Both the position numbers and the translations under genes were made by a program. Below are positions 1 through 19,452 of a stretch of 64,000 nucleotides of DNA, piece by piece. The notes beneath the pieces were generated by a model that did no database searches, was not told the DNA's origin, and was given only the letters and a program-made list of their open reading frames with translations. Source of the DNA: Paragordius varius. Taxonomy: Eukaryota > Animalia > Nematomorpha. Where the stretch lies: positions 3,100,001 to 3,164,000 of the forward strand of contig OZ176053.1 in the NCBI GenBank assembly GCA_964247055.1. The letters are read 5' to 3'. Every line of letters begins with the position of its first letter. Within the stretch, counting starts at the first letter, position 1.

Positions 1-1417
1 TAATATTTTTTTTATTTTTTAATAAATGGATCTTTTGTTATATATAACAAATTTAATAAAATAGCCTGCTAAAATGAGGGTTACTTACCGGGAAAAATCG
101 ATTTTCCCTAGTATGATTATCCTGAATACGACCGCTAATTTATAAAATTTGAATCAAATTTCAAATCGGAAGAAAATGTATAAATAAAAAAATAATTTTA
201 AAATATGGTAGTTTTAACAAAATTAATTAAATTTAAAATATTATAATATAAGGAGTATATTTATCCAGAGATAATATTTTTCGACCTCTTTAAAATTTTG
301 TCCTCATCATTAGTCCCATAATTAAAGGTTATTTTATTGCGACAATCATGATCGAGTTTTTAAATAAGCCTCTATGTTCGGCCCTACGCCTTGGAAATCA
401 CGTTTTTGTTGCAAATAATTTCCATCTACCATCAGGCGGAAATAAAGGGTATATCACATTTTGGTTGAAATGCATTTAAGTTCTTGAGTATCGCCGTAAG
501 AGAATAATTTTTTTAAAGCCCTATCACACACTCATCTCATATATTTATTAAAAATAAAATCGTGTCATAGAACAAATTTTACGGGAAACCTGTAAGACAT
601 TTTAAAAATAATTTTAAATATTTGCATTTAATAAAATGCCGATAATTTGGACACTTTTAGAATTAGACTTTGGGCTCAGCTCGACCCCCTATAAAATTAG
701 ATTAGCGTTTTATTAACAAAAATATTTTTTTAAGGCAAATTTTCAGTAAAAGTATGAGAGTACAGAGGTATATTTGCAAAGGCAAAGATTACGTTAATAA
801 ACTTTTTTTAAATATACTCCCACCCTAAAATGGTGATTTTGAAGCAAGTATCCGCCACACATCCGCATTCGAATTCAATCATGACCTCTTATATTACTTT
901 ATAGATGCCCCGATTATGGCGAAGCCAATTACTTTTAAAACAATACGCTAAAATTTGTAGACCCATATAAATCTATTTAATTAAGGTCATTTCCATTAGC
1001 TGAGCGCCGATCATGTTGGAGACACGTTTTCAAAATGTGTCCCAAACTTATTCAACATACGTCTCATTAAAAAAAGATATACCATCTTTAGCATAAAAAA
1101 TTTTGTCTGTTTAATAATTTAGGAAATTGTTTGGATAAGAAAAAGTTACTCCAAGTTGTGTGAAATTTTTTATTTTGGTTTTTTCGCTTTATTAATAATA
1201 TTATCCATCCAATTGATAAGTCATGATTAATAAGTTGTATTAAGGCTTGGCAGGTTCCAAGCAGAGCCAATTGATAGAACTTGTCATAAAAAGGGTTGAC
1301 ACGGGGGACAGTGGTGCCTATTTGTTAAAAAATAAATAATAGTGGTAAAAGATTAAAATAAAATTAATTTACAAAAATGTAAAACATTATATTTCGTTTA
1401 AATAGATTAATATTTTT

Positions 1418-1975
1418 TTATTGTTGTTGTTGATAAGCTTGTAGTCGGTTATCGACCATTACCGATTTTATAAGAATGCTCCACTCGGTTCTGTCGTAGG
1501 CTTTTAGAGATAATTTTTGCAGTGACAATTTGGAAAGTAATAAGATTTGGTCTATCCAGCGAATACGTCTTCGTTTCCTTCTTCTCTGGCCATTTACTTT
1601 TCCTAAAATGTCCACGAATAAAGTGTCGAAAATAACCGTATTTTTGTTTTATTATTTTACCCCTTATTTTATTTACGATGTCGATGTTCTTTATTTTGTC
1701 CTTCCATGTTATACTAAGTATTTTTCTCCTGCAAAACGTTTCAAAAGCGTTTATTCTTTTTTCGTCTTTACTTTTAATAGTGCAGCTTTCACATCCGTAT
1801 AACATGATGGGAAATATTAATGCGTTATTAGTCGGATTTTTATTTTTAGATTTATGTCATGATTCCATATCTTGTAGTGTGAGGCTAGAGCGCGCATTTA
1901 GCGATAGCTATGCGTGTTCTTATTTACTTGAGCTTGAATTGGTGATAATGCTTCCAATGTATGTGTATTCGTGAA
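1418..1975 (-). mobile_element. 5'-truncated RTE-clade non-LTR retrotransposon 3' end (degenerate)
   Basis: Frameshifted translation YTYIGSII...IFPIMLYGCESCTIKSKDEKRINAFETFCRRKILSITW matches the RTE post-RT region; ends in a (CAA)n tail at ~1418-1433. Confidence 0.85.
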
Positions 1976-2022
1976 TACATGAATTTATTTATATTTATGA
2001 AAAAGGAAAAAAAATAAAAAAA

Positions 2023-2141
2023 AAATTACGACACCCGGGATTCCCAGGCGGTCACCCATCCAAGTACTAACCGGGCTCAACGTTGCTTAACTTCGGTGTT
2101 CGGAAGGGAACCGGTGCTTTCAACGTGATATGGTCGTAACA
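2023..2141 (-). rRNA. 5S rRNA: 5S rRNA gene (solitary copy; gene or pseudogene)
   Basis: Reverse complement GTTACGACCATATCACGTTGAAAGCACCGGTTCCCTTCCGAACACCGAAGTTAAGCAACGTTGAGCCCGGTTAGTACTTGGATGGGTGACCGCCTGGGAATCCCGGGTGTCGTAATTT; terminal stem GTTACGAC/GTCGTAAT, recognisable box A and box C, followed by an oligo-T Pol III terminator. Ends are +/-2 nt. Confidence 0.95.
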
Positions 2142-2229
2142 TACATTGAAAATTAATTATAAAATATAAATTTGTAAAGTGGATAAAAAATGGAGTAACA
2201 TATCGATACTCTTTCATGCATTTTTTATT

Positions 2230-10439
<8,210 letters not shown>

Positions 10440-10769
10440 AGCATTTAAATAATGTTATTAGGCATTTATATGGCATTTATTACTTAATTTTTTCAAAAAA
10501 ATATCTCTTCTATTTTCGCGTCAAAATTAAAAAATTTTTAAATTACAAATGATTATTTTAATTTTATGTAAAAAGATTTATTATGCGAAAAATGTTTTTA
10601 CCTTTTACTTTTATTGTAGCTGTTTAAGTATGATCCTATAATTATATTTGAAATTTTGCACCTACCAACATTGGATAAATGTTTTGTTTCAACAAATATA
10701 TGTAGTTTACATGAAAAAAATATGAAATTTACACAGAACATATTTTTTTATTTACAATTCCATAAAAAC

Positions 10770-11050
10770 CTTTTGCCATCTGTTTCTTTTGAAATCAATC
10801 TGTCATCAGATTAAATGTCTTTGGGAATTCTGGGCATTTTTGTTTGACCCCTCTGGTAAAACATTTTTCCACAATGACCTTCAGTGACGATTTGGAATCT
10901 TCCATTTAATAACAAGTTAATTATAAAAATTTTCCAATTTTTTCATCGAGTTTTAGGTTTTTTATTATATAACCTCTGTTTGCGTGTTCAATGGCTTTCT
11001 TGATATCGACGTAACATAACCACATTGTTGTTTTTAGCATGATGCTTTTT
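10770..11050 (-). mobile_element. RTE-like LINE RT fragment (third copy)
   Basis: Clear nucleotide similarity to 12000-12235 (cctctggtaaa...ggaatcttccattta...ttgttgtttttagcat.atgcttttt). Confidence 0.8.
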
Positions 11051-11059
11051 CCAATGTCC

Positions 11060-12420
11060 CTAAGGTCTCGATTGTAAGCGTTATCCACATATTATCATTA
11101 TCGGTTCTTGTTTTTTTAATTTTTTTACGCTTTTTTTGTTCTTTCCTTTCCTCGTGGTTTAATAAATACATAGCAATTATTTGCAATTTGCATTCTTCGG
11201 CCGTTTTCTTCCAGTTGTTTTGTTTAACTAATTGAAATTTGTTTTCATTCAAATCGAATCTTGAAAGAAATGTTTGGATGCGACCTAACCAAGTTGTTTT
11301 GTTGTAATTTTTGGTGTTATTATCTTTCCATGATACCCCACTTATGGGCCTATGTTAGATCTTTTTATTTGATGTGTCATAACATTTAATCCTGCTAGGG
11401 GGATAGCGTATTCTAAGGAAATGAATTTTGTTTCAGCGTAAAGTACTGCATTGGATATTAATGAGAGGTTTTGGTAGGAATATCCCATTATTTTCCTTAA
11501 GGCTCTGTTGATGAATATTTGTTCTGTGTAAGGTTTCCTTTTTATTGGCCATACTGAGGAGCCATATGTAATTTTTGTTATTAAACATGCCTTAAAAAGT
11601 CGTATTTTCAGTTGTTTGCTAAGAATTTTTGAACAGAGTTGGCGCATTTCACCAAATATTTCCTGGATATTGTTTAATCTTTTCATTGCGTTTAAATCTA
11701 TGCATCCTTTATTAGAGAATCAGACTCCTAAGTATTTGTATTTGTTTACTATTTCAAGTTCTCCTATTGAGGAAATTGTTTAATTGATAATTCGGAAGTT
11801 GTCATAACTTTGGTTTTGTCCATATTTAATATCAGACCTGCTTCTTTAAATTTTGTTGCTAATAATTCGATGCAAGATCTAAGGGATTCGATTGATTCGC
11901 TAACTATACATATCTCATCAGCATATGCCATTATTCTGTAGGAGCTTAACTCACATTCCATTTCTTTTAAATTTTATCTGTAATCAGATAATATTTTTGG
12001 GGATATTGGGCATCCTTGTTTAACTCCTCTGGTAAATGAATCTTTTTTTCCAAAACGGCCTTTATTGACAACTTGGAATCTTCCATTTATCAACAGGTTA
12101 ATTATAAAGTTTTTCCAATTTTGATCGAGTTTTAGATTGTTTATTATTTTTATTATATACTCTTGCGTGATCAAACGCTTTCTTGATGTCGACGAAACAT
12201 ATCCAGATTGTTGTTTTTAGCATAATGCTTTTTTCTATGTATATATTTAAAGCAGTGAATAGTTCCGTTGTTCCGCACCCTTTTCTGAATCCACTGATTG
12301 AGGGGTGAAGCTCATGTTCTAGATTCTCAAGTTGTCGCAGGGCTGTTGTTGCCAGGATTTTATAGATAGTGTTGGATAAGGTTATACCTCGATAATCTTC
12401 GGGTTTACATGCGTTAGCTT
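11060..12420 (-). mobile_element. RTE-like LINE, 5'-truncated, RT domain plus C-terminal region, degenerate
   Basis: KPEDYRGITLSNTIYKILA, SGFRKGCGT, CFVDIKKAFD, GVKQGCPISP, MAYADE, GLILNMDKTKVM, LKIRLFKAC..ITYGSSVW. Confidence 0.9.
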
Positions 12421-12499
12421 GGCAAAGTTTGTGTGTTTTATTATCCTTGCTAATTAGCAATACCAAATGCTCCGACCTCTCCAACATTATTGTCAATGA

Positions 12500-13730
12500 T
12501 CTATCCGATTACTATATGGACTCATATAAAACATATGAAAAATGAAACAACCGCCTTTGCTTTCTCATTGAGCCTAGACTTAAACCATTTCAAAACATAT
12601 TAAAAAAAAGTTATAAAGCACCAGGACCAGATAATTTAATGACCATCAGTGGGAAAATATAAAGAAATTGGTTCACTTAACGCCATATCATTAATAAACC
12701 AAAACAAGGGGAGTTTCACGAGGAATGGCTAAAATTTTACCTAAAAACATTGCCTAGGAAAGCTAACGCATATAAACCCGAAGACTATCGAGTTATAACA
12801 CTATCTAACACCATTTATAAAATCCTGGCAACAGCACCCCTGCGACAAATTGAAAATTAAAACACGAGCTTCACCCCGCGATGTGTGGTTTCAGAAAAGG
12901 GTGCGGCACAATGGAACCGTTTACTGTTTTGCACATATACATTGAAAGCATCATGCTAAAAATAACCATTTTGATATGTTAAGTCGATATCAAGAAAGCG
13001 TTTGATCACGCAAAAATAAATTATATAATAAAAATAACAAACAACCTAAATCTAAATGAAAATTGGAAAATTTTTATAATTAACTTGTTGATGAATGGAA
13101 GATTCCAAGTTGTCAATAAAGGCCGTTTTGGAAAAAAAGATTCATTTACCAGAGGAGTCAAACAAGTATGCCTAATATCCCCAAAAATATTATCTGATTA
13201 CAGATAAAATTTAAAAGAAATGGAATGTGAGTTAAGCTCCTACAGAATAATGGCATATGCCGACTACATAATATGTATAGTCAGCGTATCAATCGAACTC
13301 TTGGATCTTGCATCGAATTATTAGCAACGAAATTTCAATATGCAGACCTGATCCTAAGGTTAAATATTAAAAAATTTCTACTCATAGAAGGGGAACTTGG
13401 AATCGTAGATAAATGCTAATAACTAGGAATCTGGTTTTTCAAAGATGTATAGATTTAAGCGCAAGGAATAGATTTAACAATACCCAGGAAATATTTGGTG
13501 AATATGCGTCAACCCTGGACAAAAATACTTAGCAAACAGAAAATACTTTAAGGCATGTATAATAACAAAAAATACATATGATTTTTCAGTATGGCTAATA
13601 AAAAGGTAAACCTTACATAGAACTTGAATATATATCAATATAGCCTTAAAGAAAATTATGGGATACTCATAGCAACACCATAGAGACCATAGAATATTCA
13701 GCACTTCACGCTGAAATAAATGCATTTTCT
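12500..13730 (+). mobile_element. RTE-like LINE fragment, inverted relative to the 11060-12420 copy
   Basis: KAPGPDNL and KPEDYRVITLSNTIYKILA; 12762-13730 is the reverse complement of ~11418-12420 with long exact stretches. Confidence 0.9.
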
Positions 13731-13734
13731 ACAC

Positions 13735-14800
13735 CAGAAGTGTCTAACGGCTGGTTCCGGACCCACTTGTGGTTCTTAAAAAGTAAAAAATTTAAATTGA
13801 TTTGCATAATATTTTTTATATTTTTATTATTTTTCATTACATTCATTTAACCATTTATTACGTATACAGTCTGAAAATCTTTAGAAAACTCGCAATTGGT
13901 AATTATTTAGTGAAAGAGCCATATCTCTGAAAACCACAGTCACTTTTTCTAAATAACAATACCCATATTATTAGTGTTATAAATTAGATATTCGAAAATA
14001 TTCGCAATTGCTAAATGTTTTTTTAATTATTTAGTGAAAGAGTCCTATTATAACTACAGTCTCGTTTTTAATATAGCAATACCCATATTATTGGAGTTAT
14101 AAATTACGTATTCTAAAATATTTACAATTGGTAAACTTTTTTGATAATTATTTAGTTTTCTTATCTTGGGAAGTAGTCTTTTTTAAGATAATATTTTTGC
14201 TGAACTTCATTTCATTGATACATTAGTGCAGTAGAAATTTACCAAAAATTCTAATAAATGTGCCCTATTTGTAAACCGATGATGAGTGCTTCACGAATAT
14301 AATATAAAAGGACGCGCTAATACCGTGCATCAGGATTTTATTAATATGACTACAAAAATGAAAACACTGAAAATAGAATCACTAATGAACTGTGAAATAT
14401 TCATCAACCTTATCCTATAGTGATGGCAAGTTACACTGTTACAAATTTTATCGCCAAAACAAGGAAACCATATTCAGATGGTTAATTTGTAAAATAATGC
14501 ATGCAGGAAATCATAAAATGCGTTTTACCCAATAAAATTGAAGAAATAAATAGTAGAAGTTTTTCGCGAAATACTATATGTCGACGAATTAAAGAACCAC
14601 ATGGGTCATTGTAAAAGGAATATGTTCAAATCTATCTGAAACAAGCAGTGCATCGTTAATACTGATCTTTATTAAGACGTCGGATTTTATTTTAATACAA
14701 TTATGAAAGATTTCTCGGTAGCCTATAATATTTCTAATATACTCTTTAATATATCGAAACATTGCATGCTAATTACAGTTCAGCAGGAAGCTGCGTAAGT
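13735..14800 (+). mobile_element. Degenerate hAT (Buster/SPIN, GTF2IRD2-like) transposon remnant
   Basis: TIR-like CAGAAGTGTCTAAC at 13735; ~130-bp tandem subterminal repeats at 13890-14155; transposase remnant MASYTVTNFIAKTRKPYSDG*FVK*CM...SFSRNTICRRIKE at ~14430-14600. Confidence 0.75.
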
Positions 14801-15748
14801 TTAAGTTATCTTCTGTGCAAAAAATTATCAATTTCTTGAAAAAAAATCATTGTGATATATTCTATATTTGTGCTTTCATTAATGTAGATATATTTAAAAA
14901 ATTAAGTTTCATTTGTCCATGATTCATCAAATTTTTTCTTTTTATACATATTAGAATTTAACATCAATAGCATTATTAAAATATTTCTACCAGTTATTAT
15001 GTTATTTATATGAAAATTAACAGGTCTATACATATATATATATATATATGCTTAAATAAATTTATTTGATGCTTATGTCTTGATATATATTCAAATGTGG
15101 CTCTTCATTTGTGTTGGATACTTCTTGTACAAAACATTAACATAATTGTTTACCTTTCGAATATATTTCATTCTTATAGTTTATTTAAATTAACGAAAAA
15201 ATAAAAATATATTATAATCATTATAATAATATCAATAATAAACACTTTTCTTAATAAAAATCGCTATAACCATTTATTAATGTATATATTTTATTAAATT
15301 AAGCTTTTGTAATCAACGCCCTGTAAAGACTTTTGCTGTGAAAGGGATAGGGGAGTCTTTTGCAGACTGAAACTGTCAAGTTATATTGAAGTTGTTTCAA
15401 CCCTGTGTTTTTTAGCCATTTATATAATAATTGGCAATATATGAAAACAATTATTAGCTCTTTAAATTTAGCACTTTCATCGGCAAATAAAGAATTAATT
15501 TTAAAGGTGACTATTTCTAAAAATAATTTGGTCAAACATCAAAAATATGTAAAATTAAATTTAAAATTACCATAATCGCTATTTTCTCTTTCCTAATAGA
15601 GGTATCGTATAAAAAATTTCCATCTCCTTTACATGTTTGATAAATTGTAATTGAATATCCTTGGGAGGCGGCATTGAATGGTTTGATATTTGAACTTAGG
15701 ACAAAATTTGGATTAAAAACAATGGATGTTTAGAAAGATAGTATTTGT

Positions 15749-17883
15749 TACTAGTGTAAATCTCGGGCTGCTACGGTACCCTAGGAAGTCCTTTTGACTT
15801 CTTGAAGGGGAGGCGCTATTTGAAAAAGGGGATCAACAAAATTGTGATCCATATATGTGAATTATTTCGTAACATTATTTAATAGTTATGAACTTATAGG
15901 TTTTTAAAAACGGTGCTTCATACAATTTTCAAACCTGTGCATTCATACTAATATATTGTTTACTGGTGTCAAGGCCCCAAATTGACGGCTAACGGAAAGA
16001 CCCGCTATAGTATAATTTTTTGCTTTTTCTGGGTATTATTTAAAGCCTTTATTAAATCGTATGGCTTTTTATTGAAAATTAGCTCCAAGACCACGCCATT
16101 TTTCTATCGCGTTTCAGTTTTAAACCGATAGATCCCTCATAGGCCTATATGGAAAAAGCGCTGAGTTAAATTCTTTGCCTTTATAGGGCAAATATTTGGA
16201 ATCATCTCTGATACCTTCGTCTCGTGGGTTATTCGAAAAAATACCTCAACACTAAATAATCGTTATATGATGGCTTAGGAAAAGCCCCAAATTAACGGCT
16301 AATTAAAAATCGCCTGACCTTAATTTTTACCTAGTTACGGACAAAATTTCAAGCTTTTAATGAGCTCTTGTGGCTTCATAAATATTCTGTAAATTAGCCT
16401 TAAAACAACGCAATTTCTATGTAGTGGTGCAGTTTTTGGCGGGTGGCTCCTTTCCCAGGGGCAGGTATAAAAAAAGCGTTAGGCAAAATTTTGGCCTTTA
16501 TATGGGGAATATCTGGAATTATCATGGATTCCATATGTTTCTATAAGTTTTAGAAAATATTGCTTCAAAACTAAAATATGTTGTATGACGGCGCATTTTC
16601 AGGGCGAACTTTACTAAGCAGCTCATTGAAATAACCCCCTATACTAAAATATTTGTTTTTTAAGGGGTAATAAATATTTTAGGCCCTTATTATAGTCTCA
16701 TAGGTTTTCTGAAATTTGGCTACAAAGACACACTGCATCGATATGGTGACGCGTTTTACACGGGTAGCCCCCCAACCAGGGATGAATCATAAAAACGCTC
16801 GATTAAAATTTTTTCCCCTGGAATCATGATTGATTCCATATGCTCTCTTGGGTTTTCGAAATTTTGCCTCAAAACCAAAAAGTCTTTATATGGTGCCGCA
16901 TTTTTCAGGGCAAGAATAATTATGGGGTAATTTAACCGCTCGACTTGAATTTTTGCATTTTTACGGGTAATATTTCAGGTCCTTAAACTTATATGGTCTG
17001 ATAAATTTTTTGAAAATTAACTCCCTAACAACGCAATTTCGATATGGTGGCGCAGTTTTAGACGGGTAGCTCCCTATCCAGACGCTGATACAAAAAACAG
17101 CTTGTTAAAAATTTTTGTTTTTTTACGGAGAGTACTTGGAATCATGATTGATTTCATATGCTCTCATTGGTTTTTGGAAAAAATGGCCTCAAAACTAAAA
17201 AATTCTATGGTGGCGCATAGGGCGTTAAGGGCCTAATTAACGGGTAATTTTAAAATGCCGTACGACCCAAATTTTTGCCTTGTTACGGGTAATATTTTAA
17301 GCAGCTATTGAACTCATATGGCTTGATATGTTTTCCGAAATTTAGCCTCAAAGGCACACTATTTCGATATGACGGATCAGTTTTTAGCGGTTCTCCCAAT
17401 TCTCATTACCCAATATAAAAAAACTCAAGACTAAACTTTTGCCTTTTAGCAGGGAATACCTGGAATCCTCATTAAATTTTTACGGTCCAATACCTTGGGC
17501 GAAAAACACATTCCAAAAATTCTTTTTGTGGGCTTACTTTTTTTTGAAAAAAATGGCATTTTGCGGTGGAAGCGGTTAAAAAGAGGGCATAAATTAAAAA
17601 GGCGAGCCGACTATGTTCGGGCAATCGAAAATAAGTAAAAAAAATCATGTTAAATCGATTGGTCCAACACGTTGACAGGATTTTTGTAGACTTTTGTTTT
17701 CAAAAAAAACCATTTTTGCACGGGGTGGGTCCGAAATGGGGGCCTAAATCAAAAAAGGGCGAAGCTATTGACGGGGCATTCATTAATGATTATATTTTTC
17801 GACATTAGGATTTGAATGGGTCTACCGGTTTTCCGGAAATAGATCACAAAGCCAGCATTTTCCATTTTTATAAATATATAGAT
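15749..17883 (+). mobile_element. Non-autonomous Helitron/Helentron-like element with ~315-bp internal tandem repeats
   Basis: Starts TACTAG, ends ...CATTTTTATAAATATATAGAT; about five diverged units start near 15970, 16280, 16600, 16920 and 17230; homologous to 50704-51969. Confidence 0.65.
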
Positions 17884-18329
17884 TCCGGAAATTTTTTATT
17901 TGATTTGCGACAGAAGTTTTATTATTATGTTTTTTCTTTATAAACGGCCTAATGTGCGATATGATTTTTATTTTTGACTAAATAGCAGAAAAACTTATAT
18001 CTTTTATTAATATTTAACCCAATTTTTTTAATATTCGATATACCATCGCTATCAGCTATTGAAAAATACACAGTGCCTACACAAAAAACTATCTTGATAA
18101 AATAATTCTTTTAAAAAAACAGAGCCTCAATTCCTCCCCCCTCTCTAAAATAAAAGAGTTCTCTTAAATAAAACACAAAAATTCCGTTTTTGGATAGAAA
18201 AATTTAATATATGCTATATTATGACAAAAAATATTTTTTAAAAAATGCGTATTCGAAATTTAAACTTTGACAAAATTATCTTGTAGCATACTTCATGGTA
18301 TTATGAAAATGTAAACGGTGTAAAAACAC

Positions 18330-18720
18330 TTAAGTTATTAAAAAACACTTTTGCTATATAATTCTAGGGTTCAGCATCATCGGGATATAAGGTTTTTATA
18401 TAATTCTTAAAGCGTTTTTATACTGTTTCCATCATGCTTTACGAAGTACGTTTCAACAAAAATTAAATTTTCGAACAAAATATGCATTTTTTCAAATATA
18501 TTTTATAAAATGCCATGATCTAGCATATATTTTTCTATCGCAAAATCTCGTTTTATATTTATATAGAGTCCATTTTAGAGGCGCATAAAAGTTTTCATGG
18601 AAGCCCACATATAACAATTAAAAAATATTATTTTTCTTTTTGAATATCAATATTTTAATGATATTAGTTAGAATCATTTAGCTTTAGCAAAAAAATTTAT
18701 TTAGCATGATTTGCGCTAAT
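18330..18720 (+). repeat. Old dispersed repeat (related copies at ~25640-26000 and ~36620-36890)
   Basis: Shared segments such as tttttatac.gtttccatcatgctt...tctagc...atcgc..aatctcg...ccatttt.g; class unknown. Confidence 0.55.
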
Positions 18721-19452
18721 TTTGCGACTTTACGATATCTGGCCATTATAACAAAAGTGAAAAGAATATTTCTTCTATCACTCGTAAGCCCCGAAATCAC
18801 CAGGAGTATCCTTATACGTTTATCTATCAGAATATATACGTTTCATCAGGATAATACCCTCCAATTATGTGCACAGTGTATATAATAATGTATACTTGCT
18901 CGCCGTGTTATCGCTTAATTATTCGTTTACATTATATGGTCCCAACAATTTCACCAAATGACAAAAATTGATTAATTTTAAATAAATATAAAAAAAATTC
19001 TATGTTACTTTTTATAATTTTCAGAAATTCATAAACAAAATTATCTTTTTTTCCATTTTCAATTATTTTCAGTTATAAGCTGCGTTCGCATCATTTACTA
19101 TATTAAGTCACATGAATGCTTATTATTCCATACAAAATAAAAACAAATGATTTACATTTAACTTAAGAATTAAACCATTAGATTGAATGTAGGATTTTGG
19201 GCTTGTTTATTTGCTAATTAGCCAATTTAAAAATCTTCATAAATGAGAGCAAACTTTATTACGCTTAATATATATTAATATGGATCGTGAAGTTTAGTGT
19301 TAACTGCCAAAAATTCACCAATAAGAGAAAGAGTATATCCAAAAAATATTATATAAATTAATAATTAATCTATTTTGTTAATTAATAATCCATAAATTAA
19401 TTTTAACATATAATTATTATTATAATATTTTTCCTTTTTCATCCCTTTTTTC

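Noticed and set aside
60-1060. Repeat- or transposon-like sequence at the window start
   Set aside because: No second copy, TIR pair or translatable motif could be established within the window.
1530-1974. ORFs 1530-1802 and 1678-1974 (+)
   Set aside because: Antisense shadows of the RTE fragment.
1130-2217. Possible divergent gene: ATG at 2217 (12 nt from the katanin ATG), exon 2217-2145 with a donor just before the 5S, joined to a candidate exon 1317-1131 (TTVPRVNPFYDKFYQLALLG...)
   Set aside because: Phases fit, but there is no recognisable homology, no convincing downstream exons, and the first exon looks like random AT-rich translation. Needs RNA evidence.
13474-13725. 83-aa ORF (-)
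   Set aside because: Antisense shadow of the plus-strand RTE copy.
11418-13730. Twin-priming inversion of a single LINE insertion
   Set aside because: The arms overlap by ~1 kb and are 10-20% diverged; twin priming gives non-overlapping or minimally overlapping parts.
18780-18860. Second CTGATGA (minus strand) as a hammerhead
   Set aside because: No stem II followed by GAAA; the core is incomplete.
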